64,000 nt of DNA from Vairimorpha necatrix. Its lineage: Eukaryota. Each line of letters opens with the position of its first letter. Within the stretch, counting starts at the first letter, position 1. The translations under genes and the position numbers were made by a program. Shown one piece after another: positions 25,207-36,185 of this stretch. The stretch covers positions 930,001 to 994,000 of the forward strand of contig CP142735.1 of assembly GCA_036630325.1 (NCBI GenBank), given 5' to 3'. Under the pieces are notes generated by a model, which searched no databases, was not told the DNA's origin, and saw only the letters and a program-made list of their open reading frames with translations.

Positions 25207-25827
25207 CGGTACATGACCGTTTGGAACCCGCTTTGGGAAATGAACCCGTTTTGAAAAATTCAAAAAAATAGGAAAATAAAGAACAAGACTTAACAATAAA
25301 TTTTAAATAATGAAAGAAGACAATTTATCCGGTGATTTTTGAAAATTTGGAAGGCACGAGAAACTTAAAAGGTACTCATATTGTTCGTCCCTGTTCGTGT
25401 CTAGATCAAATATCTCTTATAGAAATGAGCTAAACCCGACTAAATTATTTGGTGTTGTAACTCAGAACCACGGGGGTTATATCATTAGAGGAGTGATTCA
25501 TTGTACTGTGCTCCATTCCTTTGTTTGTCAAATGTGGCTTCATATGCTACCCATTGATTAGAGATCATAATAGAAACAGGTTATACATTATCTTGTATTA
25601 CCTCAAGATAATAGCAGTATTTCTACTAGTTACAGAAACGAGCAAAGCGCGCGCCGATTCAGCATCAAATGTTTCCAAACTTAAATTTTCTTTGGTTTCC
25701 ATGTATATATACATTTCATTACTTAAAAGCTCATCTGCCTCAATAAACATTGTTTTTGCCAATTTTGCCATTTTTCGAAAGGGGGTCCTTATAAATTTCA
25801 AAGCAGGTTCCAAACGGTCATGTACCG
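25207..25827 (-). mobile_element. Internally deleted Merlin (IS1595/ISXO2-like) DNA transposon
   Basis: 29-bp TIRs cggtacatgaccgtttggaacc(c/t)gctttg with 1 mismatch; frameshifted transposase remnants VTSRNTAI / EVIQDNV*PVSIMISNQWVAY / GMEHSTMNHS; no clear TSD. Confidence 0.85.
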
Positions 25828-28306
25828 AAAAAAATAAAGTTTTGAATTGAGTAGGTAAGATAGCGTTTTACTATCTTTATAGTGAATTTAATTTTATTGT
25901 CGCTTGGTTCATTCGTTTTATTTCCAGTTTTAAGATAAATAATATACACATAAAGCTTTACACAACCTTTTTAAATTAGCGTAAAAAGGTTGCAATTATT
26001 TTTTGCCTTTTCTGATATATTAATACACAGAGACGTATCTAAAGAGCAAAGTATTTTAAATATCTAGTACATGCATAATAGAACATAATTTAAGTTTCGT
26101 GCTGCGTGAATTAACTAAAAGGAGCATTTAACTCTTTTAAATTTTTTAATTTGGTTTTTAATAATTTTCTCACAAATTCAGACACAAAGAAAGCAATCTT
26201 AAAACACTATATAATTTTTTTAAAAACAAAACTAACTATAATCTCAAAGTAAATTTTTTTTATTGATTGTACATAGTTGATGCCTCTTTTGTTTGAGCTG
26301 TGGGCCTATCGTGGTAATTAGCTAAATTCAATATACTAAAGACAAAAATCGAGCTTTGTAGCGATTCATTTTTACTCATCACTCATTATTCGTTGACGAC
26401 TTATAATTTTTAGCAAATATCGAATTGGTGCTTTGTAAAAGATTGATGAAATGAAAAAAAATTCCGTAAAATCATATTGATAATTTTTGAGAGATGTAAA
26501 TACAATATTAACCTTCTTATACAACATAAAGGATTTTAATATAGATCCTGTTTTTTTTAGTAGTAAACTAAAGAAGAAAATATAATAGGACCAATGATGC
26601 TTTATATAAAAGATGGAAAGAAGATGTAGATTTTTTGAACTTTAAAATTTATTCGAGACAATTAATATATAGTGTATTACGAACATATTATTTTTAAGGG
26701 ACATAGAAATAGAGTCAGGCGAAATTATTATTATGAATAAAAAGATTAAATTTATCATTTTACAGCATCAAATACAGTATTATCTAAAATTTAAAATGGC
26801 GTACTTGTAGAGGAATGGACTAGGTAGAAGCCTTGATTATCAAATTCAGAAGTTAGAAGATGTTACTAAAACTTTAAACAATAATATAGAATTATATTGG
26901 CGAGAATATCATATCAATTAGCACACCATTAAACATATTACTACATTAATCCGTATATAAGCTAGAATGGTATTTTTTTTAAACTTGAAGTTCCACGGGC
27001 CGAATTTATATATGATATAATATTTGAACTATATTATTCAGGACTAATATAACTGAACAGGCTTATTAAATTGATTATAGACTCATAGCCATGTATATTT
27101 AAAGTAATAATAAACTAATAAAAGACAGACACGTTTTTCTAAAAATTTATCTTTCTTAAAGGAATTAAACGAACAATATTTTTATTTAAATTTTAAACTG
27201 TAGAACAAGATCATATTTGAAACAATGACGACACATGTTATGTGCAAAGGCATTAAAAATTTTTAAGTTCATATATCTGCAAATCCGTCACAATGTTTTT
27301 CAAAAAAGATGTAAAAGAACTTGTAATTACTTGATGTTAAGTATTTGCCATGTAAATGCAGAGATTAAAGTAGCAACCTAACACACAGTAATTAGTAAAA
27401 TACAATAGCCTGACATTTACGAAAATGATTATTTGACAACTTAATAACCTAATAAAGATTTTAAGCACGACATTTGTCAAGCCTTATAGAATCTAAGTAT
27501 AAAACAAGACTTTTTTTATTCGTAGGGTAGCGCGGTTGCAAGTTACCTATGACATGTTAAACAAGTTATAATAATTCAAAGGACAAAAATAAACAGAAAA
27601 CACTAACATTTATAAGTGCAGAAAGAAGTTCACGGAGGTAGATGTAGAGAGATTCTGAATATTGTGACTAATGTTTCCCATTAGAAATAATCGGAAGTCG
27701 CTAATTCGTACACGAAATAATAAAATTTATTAGTTTTTTTACCTTTAAGAGACTAGAACGCAATCTTAGTTTAGAACTATAAGACTAATGTTCATACAAA
27801 TACAATTATGAGCTAAATAAAATATGTTATATTTCTCTGAAACATGTTTTCTTTTAAATATAAAACCACAAGAGCGTTAATTATAAATCGTATTCAACTT
27901 TTAATATATTAATGTTTCACTTTTAAATTTTTTTTGAGATGATGCGCTTGCCTCAAAATGTGAAAACAGGGGCTTTAATTAAAATCATAAGATATCATAA
28001 ATTACCTAATGAAGATGATTTTAGTTGTACTCTCATTTACTGTTATAATATAAGAATATTATAGTTTAACCCAAACAATTTCAAAATATAAATGAAGCAA
28101 CTTAATATTTAAAAAAACAACAAATAACTTTCTGCTCATCCAAATGTAATGTCATAATAATATTTTTATATCATTTTTTTCTAAATAATGCCATTTTGAT
28201 TTTATAGAATATTTTCTAAGTCTTTAATAAAACTCAGAAAACATTCAAATATTTTATACTAATGAAAATTATCATAAACTTACTGTTTATCTGCCCTTCT
28301 CAAGAT

Positions 28307-30190
28307 ATGTATAAACACAATTACTCTCATATATCAAATATAGACCACACCCCTGATCAGGATTCTTCATTCTACCACGTTAATTACCAAATACTTGATT
28401 ACAACATTAATCTTCTCAAAGATGTTATCGATAAAATAGTTTGTTTGTTTTTTGAAAACACACATATAAAAAGAAAAAAATTCTGCATAAATATTGAAAT
28501 TGACAATTCGTACAGACAACTCATAGAGTCATTTATGAATCTAATTGAGTATCTTACAAATATATTAGTAAGTTTAAAAAGTACTAATAAGAATATTTAT
28601 AAAGAGTTTTATTTATTGACTCATCATATGGCAGATTATAAGAAAATGGGGATTAATAAATTTATGATTAGTTTTTTTAAAGAATTAAGAAGTTTAAAAG
28701 GATCAGTTGATTGGATAGAAGAGATTAAGGAGATGAGTAGTCGATATGAAAGGAATATTGAGTATGTTGTGGATATTATAGAGACCAATAAGATAAAAGA
28801 ATATGGATATGAATTATATTATGTAGATATAATAAAAGATAAAAAGTATTCTTATGATTTAACTGTAGATGATAAATATGAAGGAACTCCTTTAAAAAAA
28901 AGGTGTATTACTAAAATGTCAAATTGTAAAGAAGAAATAAATTACGATAATTCTGAATTTGAGATGAGTTCATGTGGACTTTTTTCAATTTTAGACACAC
29001 CAATAGAAAACACTAAAGAAAAGACAAACACTAGAGAAAAAGTGCACAAGAAAGAAAAGATAAATACTAAAGAAAAGATAAACACTAAAGAAAAGATAAA
29101 CACTAAAGAAAAGATAAACACTAAAGAAAAGACAAATACTAAAGAAAAGATAAACACTAAAGCAAAGATAAATATGAAAGTAGATAATAAAGAGAATAAA
29201 AAAATACGAATTAAATCAACTATAAAGAAACTTTACACAAAAGAAAACAATATAAAGAAACTTTACACAAAAGAAAACAATATAAAGAAACCTAACACAA
29301 AAGAAAACAATATATTAAATAAGAAAGTAGATTATAATATTGAGAAGTTTAATAGTAAAGAATTAGAAGTGAAATATTGTAAATTTCTAGATCTCCCTCA
29401 GAATATCGTGAAAGTAGCAGAGGCTTCTTTCAGTGAAGTCTTTAAATTTGGAAATTTGATTTACAAAATAATCCCCTTGGGGAATAAGACGATGACCACT
29501 GTAGAAGATTTCTTTCGCGAAGCGAGAATCTTAAAAATCCTCAAGGGCGAAGAAGGAGTATCAAAATTAAGGGAAGTTCTCATGGTCACGGGATCTTATC
29601 CTTTGAGTTATCTTAAAGCCTGGGATAAATTTGGATATGTTGAGAATCCTCGTCCTGATTTTTACAAAGTAGACCAATTATTCGGGATTTTAGTTATAGA
29701 AGACGGGGGAATATGTTTAGAGAATTATAAATTTAGATCTGTCAATGAGATAGAGAAGATTATTCTCCAGATTTCTTCTATTTTGAGTTTACTAGAGCAG
29801 AAATATAATTTAGAGCACAGAGATCTCCACTGGGGAAATATTTTAATAAAAAGAGGCAGGATTCAGATTATAGATTTCGGGATATGTAGAATGAAATATA
29901 ATAGAGAAGTAATTTATAAAGATTTAAATGAATATGAGTGGATATTTCAGGGAGATGAGGAAGTAGATGAGCAATTTGGGATTTATAAGAAGATGAAGAG
30001 TATTAGTAGAAGTGACTGGGAATCATTTTACCCTTTTACTAATATATTATGGATGAGATATTTAATAAAGAGACTTTTTGATCAGATTAAGATTAAGAAG
30101 TCTAGAGATTTAAAGTATGAGTATTTAGAGATATTAAAGGGGAGTGTATCTATTAGTGATTACTACACCAAGATAGTAAAAAGAAAATAG
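28307..30190 (+). CDS. Haspin-family kinase (Alk1/2-like)
   Basis: KVAEASFSEVF, EHRDLHWGNILI, FQGDEEVDEQFGIYKKM, W..F.PFTNILWMRYL; likely ATG 28307 after GCCCTT (ORF track starts at 28262). Confidence 0.9.
   Translation: MYKHNYSHISNIDHTPDQDSSFYHVNYQILDYNINLLKDVIDKIVCLFFENTHIKRKKFCINIEIDNSYRQLIESFMNLIEYLTNILVSLKSTNKNIYKEFYLLTHHMADYKKMGINKFMISFFKELRSLKGSVDWIEEIKEMSSRYERNIEYVVDIIETNKIKEYGYELYYVDIIKDKKYSYDLTVDDKYEGTPLKKRCITKMSNCKEEINYDNSEFEMSSCGLFSILDTPIENTKEKTNTREKVHKKEKINTKEKINTKEKINTKEKINTKEKTNTKEKINTKAKINMKVDNKENKKIRIKSTIKKLYTKENNIKKLYTKENNIKKPNTKENNILNKKVDYNIEKFNSKELEVKYCKFLDLPQNIVKVAEASFSEVFKFGNLIYKIIPLGNKTMTTVEDFFREARILKILKGEEGVSKLREVLMVTGSYPLSYLKAWDKFGYVENPRPDFYKVDQLFGILVIEDGGICLENYKFRSVNEIEKIILQISSILSLLEQKYNLEHRDLHWGNILIKRGRIQIIDFGICRMKYNREVIYKDLNEYEWIFQGDEEVDEQFGIYKKMKSISRSDWESFYPFTNILWMRYLIKRLFDQIKIKKSRDLKYEYLEILKGSVSISDYYTKIVKRK
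29011..29312 (+). repeat. Coding tandem repeats in haspin: 18-bp (KEKINT)n followed by ~3 x 30-bp (IKKLYTKENN)
   Basis: Read directly in DNA and protein. Confidence 0.9.
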
Positions 30191-30527
30191 AGTATTTTAT
30201 AAAGGTTTAAATATATTAAGATAGTACAATATACTAGATATATAAAATACTGAACTACAAATAATAAATATAAGAGATAGACTAGATATTCTTAAACCTG
30301 ATAACTTAAAATATAAAAAATATAAAGTATGTACATTAACAGATACTATAGAATATATAACATATTATAGATATGTTATTATAATATATTATATATACAA
30401 TAATAATATTTAACAGAGTATATATATAAGGAAAACTAAACTATGTTGATATAATTTTTGTTGATATAACTACAAATAAGATAAGACTATAGTATACATA
30501 TATTTTTTAGATTTTTTTGGATCCCCT

Positions 30528-31433
30528 ATGTCCACAGAGTTGACAAATATCAAACTTATAAAGAAAATAGCCTCTGGTGCATTTGGGGAAATTTATCTAG
30601 GCCATGACTCGAATTTACAAGTACCAGTGGCAGTGAAAATAGAGAAGAGAGAGACTCATGCTCAGATTAAGCATGAGTATTCTGTTTATAGAAGACTCAG
30701 TAAGACACAGTCCAGATTCTCAATGGGGATCAAATCTGATTTGATCCCTAAGATATTTTCATATGGGAAAATTAATATTAATAATATCCTGACTAATTGT
30801 CTAGTCATGGAGTTACTAGGGAAGAGTCTAGAGGAGATATTTGTAGAGAATAATAGACGCTTTAAATTACAGACAGTAGTCTCCTTAGGGATCAGAATGT
30901 TAGAGAGTGTGGAATTAGTCCACAATAAGCACTTTGTACACAGAGATATAAAACCAGATAATTTCGTATTTGATATAAGTCAGAGTACATTATATTTAAT
31001 AGATTATGGATTAGCCAAGGAATACAGAGATCCGAATACTTTAGTACATAGAGAAATAAGATATGATAAATCTTTAACAGGCACAGCGAGATATGCCAGT
31101 ATAAGGACACATCAAGGAATAGAACAAAGTAGAAGAGATGATTTAGAGAGTATAGGATATTGTCTAATATACTTCCTTAAAGGGAGACTACCCTGGCAAG
31201 GACTAAGAGCAGAGACCAAACAAGACAGATATGATAAAATTAAGGAATATAAAGAGAATATGAAGATATGGGAATTATGCTCAGATTTACCCCATGAATT
31301 TTATATGTACATATTCTATGTAAGGAATTTAGGATATGATGACTGGCCCAATTATGAATATTTAAGGGATTTATTCCGAGGGATTAATAAGAAGAATCAA
31401 TTTAGAGATCAAATAAACTTCAGTAATTTATAA
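30528..31433 (+). CDS. Casein kinase I (Hrr25-like)
   Basis: IASGAFGEIY, LVMELLGKSLE, HRDIKPDNF, SLTGTARYAS, EQSRRDDLES, LPWQGL. Confidence 0.96.
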   Translation: MSTELTNIKLIKKIASGAFGEIYLGHDSNLQVPVAVKIEKRETHAQIKHEYSVYRRLSKTQSRFSMGIKSDLIPKIFSYGKININNILTNCLVMELLGKSLEEIFVENNRRFKLQTVVSLGIRMLESVELVHNKHFVHRDIKPDNFVFDISQSTLYLIDYGLAKEYRDPNTLVHREIRYDKSLTGTARYASIRTHQGIEQSRRDDLESIGYCLIYFLKGRLPWQGLRAETKQDRYDKIKEYKENMKIWELCSDLPHEFYMYIFYVRNLGYDDWPNYEYLRDLFRGINKKNQFRDQINFSNL

Positions 31434-31580
31434 AATATTATATTATGTAATAGTATGTATTTAATATATTATGTAATAGTATGTAAGTATTATTTATATT
31501 ATGTAATAGTATTTATTATATTTTGTATTTAGGTTTGATTTAATGTCATAGACTTAATATATAAAACATATTTTTATAAA

Positions 31581-31653
31581 GCCCGATTAGCTCAGTTGGT
31601 AGAGCATTAGGCTCTTAACCTAAGGGTCGCGGGTTCGAGTCCCGTATCGGGTG
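31581..31653 (+). tRNA. tRNA-Lys(CTT)
   Basis: GCCCGAT/ATCGGGT acceptor, TAGCTCAGTTGG, anticodon arm TTAGG-CTCTTAA-CCTAA, GGTTCGAGTCC, downstream T run. Confidence 0.96.
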
Positions 31654-31851
31654 TAAATTTTTTATTTAAATTTACCCTTATATAATTTAGTCTATATAAT
31701 ATATCTTATATATTATAACATATCTTATATATTATAACATATATAACATAGTTATATAACTATGTCTTATATAATTAAGTCTATATATTATAAATTATAT
31801 AATTTAATCTATATATTATAAATTATATAATTTTAAATTTATAAAGTTTAT

Positions 31852-33258
31852 TTATAGGGTCTCATTGACTTGATCCATAAATTCCTTACTATTTAATACT
31901 TCTGTTCCTCCATAAATTATTGGCACTCTTATTTTCTCTTCTAATATTTTCAGTGTCTTCAATTCTGAATATGTCGCCCCTCCTATCATACACACTACTA
32001 TATTTTTATATTCTTCTTTTCTTTGATTCCAAATATCTTGTACTAAATCAGAAATAGGAGATTTCTCTTTTACAGGTAAAACATTTTTCAATATTTTACC
32101 TACAAAATTATTAAAATTTTGATTTTTTTCTTCTTTTAATTTTTTATAAAAATCAATTAATTTACTTTTTATATTTTTTGATTTTAATAAATCATAATCC
32201 CCAATAACTAATCCTAATCTAAGTAAATCATTAAAATCATCATTAACTAATGTATTAATATTATTTATATTAATATTATCATTATTTTGTACTTTATAAA
32301 ATTCATCTAATGATCTTTCTTTTATTATTCTTAATATTTCTGTACATATTTCTATATGTTTATTTATCTTCTCATTTTGTTTTATTAAATTATTAGTTTT
32401 ATCTAATAATATATTTAATTTACATGCTACTTCTTTTTTATATTTTAATAATTCTTCTTCTACATTTTCTACTACTATTGGGAAATATTCATTCATATTA
32501 TTTTTATATATTTCATCATTTAAATCTAAATTAAAAATTTTATTTTTAATTTTTAATTTATTATTTTTTAAATCTAATAAATCTGATATTAAAGATGAAT
32601 AAGACCAAGAATGTTTTATAGGATTAATTATATCATAATCTCTATTAATTAATATTAATAGAGATTTATTTATAAATTTTTGTATTATATTATTTTTAGA
32701 GATCTGTTTTAAAATATCTTGATAATGATTTGTTAAATTATCTGTTGATATTATAGTTGGTTTAGATTTTATTGTTATAAATATTGATAAGATATTTTTA
32801 TAAATATCTAAATTATCTTTATTAATATAACTATTAGTTATATTAAAAGTATACAAATCTTCTTGTAGACTTATAAAGTCTACATATTGATCATATATTT
32901 GAGTAATATAGTGACCTAATCCTTTTCTCCCTAATATAAGGCCTAGATTCTCTAGATCTTTTCTTTTTATATTTGATACTGAATATATTAAATATTCAGT
33001 ATATAAATTATCAAGGATATCTTTGTAGATATTAGATATATCAGAGACGAAATATAAAGCGGGAGTATTAGAGACAGGAAGTCTCTTATTAGAAATGAGG
33101 AAGTAAGAAGTGATACCACAGTCCCTTAGATCTTTAGAAGATAGTAGGGGACTGAGGATAGACTGAGTGACAGAGTCTAAGATTAGAATCTTCCAAGGAT
33201 GAGGAGTATTTAAAAAGGACAAGATTCTTTCTTTTTGACAAATTCCCAACTTGACCAT
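31852..33258 (-). CDS. SLY1: Sec1/Munc18-family protein Sly1
   Basis: WKILILD, ILSPLLSSKDLRDCGIT, PALYFV, HSWSYSSLISDLL, IGGATYSE, YGGTEVLN; start at ATG 33258 after CCCCTTTTTTTT. Confidence 0.88.
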   Translation of the reverse strand: MVKLGICQKERILSFLNTPHPWKILILDSVTQSILSPLLSSKDLRDCGITSYFLISNKRLPVSNTPALYFVSDISNIYKDILDNLYTEYLIYSVSNIKRKDLENLGLILGRKGLGHYITQIYDQYVDFISLQEDLYTFNITNSYINKDNLDIYKNILSIFITIKSKPTIISTDNLTNHYQDILKQISKNNIIQKFINKSLLILINRDYDIINPIKHSWSYSSLISDLLDLKNNKLKIKNKIFNLDLNDEIYKNNMNEYFPIVVENVEEELLKYKKEVACKLNILLDKTNNLIKQNEKINKHIEICTEILRIIKERSLDEFYKVQNNDNININNINTLVNDDFNDLLRLGLVIGDYDLLKSKNIKSKLIDFYKKLKEEKNQNFNNFVGKILKNVLPVKEKSPISDLVQDIWNQRKEEYKNIVVCMIGGATYSELKTLKILEEKIRVPIIYGGTEVLNSKEFMDQVNETL

Positions 33259-33387
33259 AAAAAAAAGGGGATTAAAATTTGGATCTAAATTTAGATGTAA
33301 ATTTAAATTTAAATTAGACATATGTAAATAAGAGACATATGTAAATTAGACATATGTAAATAATATAAGATACTATTTTATTATTGT

Positions 33388-34086
33388 TTATTTGATGTAA
33401 TAAAAATGGAGAAATATTAAGATAAAAGTTAAACACAAATATAAAATTGTAAGGAATCTTGTCATGAATCTTCCTCCTCCTTCTTCTCTCTCAAAATACT
33501 TCTTATTATTCTTCACTGTCTCATAAATATCCTTAGTCTTCTCTATGACGTCATCTATATTCTCATCCTGGAGAATAAGCTGCTCTGATATATTTTCCTG
33601 TATACTTTCTATCTCTAAGAGTCTCTGTCTAGTGACACTAAATCTTTCTACTTGATCTCCCATAATTTCATTCTTCTCTACTTGTAAATCTAAATTTGAT
33701 ACATTATTAGACGTAATGTGTTTAATTGGTTCAAGTTCTATTTTGTAAGATGTCTTCTTTCTTTTTTCTTTCTCTAATTTCTGCTTAGTTTTAATTATTA
33801 ATTCCTTAATAATCTGCTTTATTCCTTCGTAGTGGACTACTTCGTCGGGATTACCTTCTAAATCTATGACTTCTAGTGTCTGGTGGGTATTTTCTGTGAC
33901 TTGACTCAGACTCTTCTCTAAAGACAAGATGGACTTGTAATTTAGAGTATTAGTGATATTCTTATTAATCTTCATGATTTCATCTCTGAGTGTGTCATAG
34001 AAGAGTGTCTTGTAGGAGATGGTATTATGAGAAGATATATTATTAGAAGATCTTAAGAAATTTAAATATTCATTATATCTATTCAT
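33388..34086 (-). CDS. Qa-SNARE syntaxin, Ufe1/syntaxin-18-like
   Basis: SNARE coil LLEIESIQENISEQLILQDENIDDV followed by C-terminal TM helix; TTTTATCCCTATG start. Confidence 0.75.
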   Translation of the reverse strand: MNRYNEYLNFLRSSNNISSHNTISYKTLFYDTLRDEIMKINKNITNTLNYKSILSLEKSLSQVTENTHQTLEVIDLEGNPDEVVHYEGIKQIIKELIIKTKQKLEKEKRKKTSYKIELEPIKHITSNNVSNLDLQVEKNEIMGDQVERFSVTRQRLLEIESIQENISEQLILQDENIDDVIEKTKDIYETVKNNKKYFEREEGGGRFMTRFLTILYLCLTFILIFLHFYYIK

Positions 34087-34256
34087 AGGGATAAAAAAAA
34101 AACGAAATGTAATATTACATTTAAAAGAATAATATATATGATAATATTGTATTGTATTATAAGATGTAATATTATATATAGTGTAATAACTATTAGTATA
34201 TTGTATTAATATAGTGTAATATTATATAATATTATATATATGATATATATAGTATT

Positions 34257-34595
34257 TTATAATAGGGATTTATTGTTATGTAATTGAGTTAATATCTCTA
34301 AAACTCTTTCTTTATCACATGTCCTTACTTTCTTAAGATCAAAATCATATAAAACATTATATTTCTTAATCTTCTTCCTTCGGCCTTCTATCTCCTTGAT
34401 GGAATAAAGAGGTGTGTCCCAGGAGACCCTCCTGGTCAACTTAGTCTGGAATTTAGAGGAGAGTCTGAGATACTCAGAATACTCTTTAGTGTCACGGACT
34501 GCGTCTACGTCAGGGATTTGTATGGATAAAAACATGGATCTCTGTTTAGAAAGATCATCCGTGAGATGAATCTTGAAGATGTCTTGTAATTTCAT
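34257..34595 (-). CDS. Hypothetical protein (112 aa)
   Basis: ATG ORF with TTACCCTCTTTTTTTAATATG start context and coding-like composition. Confidence 0.7.
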   Translation of the reverse strand: MKLQDIFKIHLTDDLSKQRSMFLSIQIPDVDAVRDTKEYSEYLRLSSKFQTKLTRRVSWDTPLYSIKEIEGRRKKIKKYNVLYDFDLKKVRTCDKERVLEILTQLHNNKSLL

Positions 34596-34675
34596 ATTAA
34601 AAAAAGAGGGTAATAAAAACTTAATCTAAAGAGGGGAGGGGGTATATTCTGTATGGAGATCTTTTTTGAATATGT

Positions 34676-35031
34676 AAGTGTGCTGTAATAATTTTAAGTG
34701 TTTCAATTATTTCGCGTGCTGTAATTATTTCGTGCGCTTATTTTATTTCGTACGCTGTAGTTATTTCAAGTGTTTCAATTAGTTCGTGTGCTGTAATTAT
34801 TTAGACTAATATCAGCATTAAAAAAATGACAGAGGTCGATGACGACAAGATTCATTTTACAGTTTAAAATGTAGAGACATGAAATATTCATGAGTATAAT
34901 ATGTCTTAATGTATCAACTACTAATGGTGGAATATTCAATCTTAAATTAAAAGCTCAATAATATTCAATCTTAAATTAAAAGCTCAATAAATCTAATCTT
35001 AAATTAAAAGCTCAATAATATCAATCTTAAT
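34676..35031. repeat. Two tandem repeat arrays in a divergent intergenic region: ~17-bp ttcgtgtgctgtaatta and ~29-bp atattcaatcttaaattaaaagctcaata x3
   Basis: Read directly. Confidence 0.75.
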
Positions 35032-35172
35032 TGATCTTTTTTTTTTCTCCTCCTTTTTTTTACATCACTTAGTTACTCTACAATGTTATTCTATAATTTT
35101 GTTCTATATTGTTGTTTAATATTGTTGTTCTATATTGTTCTTGATTTTGATTTTTTTTCTCCTCCTTTTTTT

Positions 35173-35517
35173 ATGCAGTACAATCATTTTATAAAAAATT
35201 CTCTAGAAAATATCGGCAGTTCTTTTGTCTTCGGCACATGTACAAAACTAATCTACAAGTCATTCTCACACTACCCTGACTTGTACATAATCATGGAATG
35301 TCTGGAAAATGGACTGGAAATGAGTAAATATACATTACTAAACAGTATAAATATATTTATACTTGATAAAATGGGATTTGGGAAATATTTACTGGAAATG
35401 ACAAGTGTCTTCTTGACAAATTTTATGATTAATATGAGGAATGGAGTTAAATATGCGTATATGAAGGGATGGAATGGAGTATTTATAAATTTAATAAGAA
35501 AGATAATAAAATATTAA
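35173..35517 (+). CDS. Tim17/Tim22/Tim23-family mitosomal import channel protein
   Basis: ENIGSSFVFG...ENGLEMSKYTLLNS...TSVFLTNFMINMRNGVK fits the family helix pattern; start at ATG 35173 (upstream extension is low complexity). Confidence 0.65.
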   Translation: MQYNHFIKNSLENIGSSFVFGTCTKLIYKSFSHYPDLYIIMECLENGLEMSKYTLLNSINIFILDKMGFGKYLLEMTSVFLTNFMINMRNGVKYAYMKGWNGVFINLIRKIIKY

Positions 35518-35770
35518 ATAATGTATTTTATAATTTAAAGTGGTCTATAAAAATAACGCATTATATTAAAACAACGCATTATATAAAAAACGCATTATAT
35601 TATGGACTAATTTTATAAGAAACATTATAAAATATTAAATGATGTATTTTATAATTTATAAAAGTCTATAAAAAAAACGCATTATATTATGGACTGATTT
35701 AATAAGAAAGATAATAAAATATTAAATGATGTATTTTATAGTTTAAAAAAGGTCTATAAAAACAACGTAC
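35490..35770 (+). repeat. Three imperfect ~105-120-bp tandem copies of the Tim17-family gene 3' end
   Basis: taagaaa(g/c)at(a/t)ataaaatattaaat(a/g)atgtattttata...gtctataaaaa..aacg recurs three times. Confidence 0.75.
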
Positions 35771-36185
35771 TAATTTATGGAATATAATATTATGTTTTAA
35801 TGATTTGTAATTTTTAGAGTATGCTTAATTTGTGACTTTGTTGGTTAAAACAAACAAACTGACATAAAAAAACTATAAATAGAAACATTTCCGCATAATT
35901 TATGAAATTACAGGAGACCTAATATCCTTATATATTGGACCAATAAATCATGTATAAATACAATCTAATAAGAGATGGTTTTGCATGTATCCAATACCAT
36001 TTGTGACATGATGAATCTAATTGGTAGTATTATATTCAGTTGACCTTTAAAATATTGGGAGTTATTAAGATTTATAAGACTACTGGCATATTGCATTTTA
36101 AATGATTGGTTACTATCAGGAAGTCATTAGATGAAACATTTATTTGCAGCCATCAGATAAGTATTTCGCTTTTTTCTTACCCTTC

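Noticed and set aside
34676-35031. CRISPR-like array
   Set aside because: Head-to-tail repeats without unique spacers, in a eukaryotic genome with no cas genes
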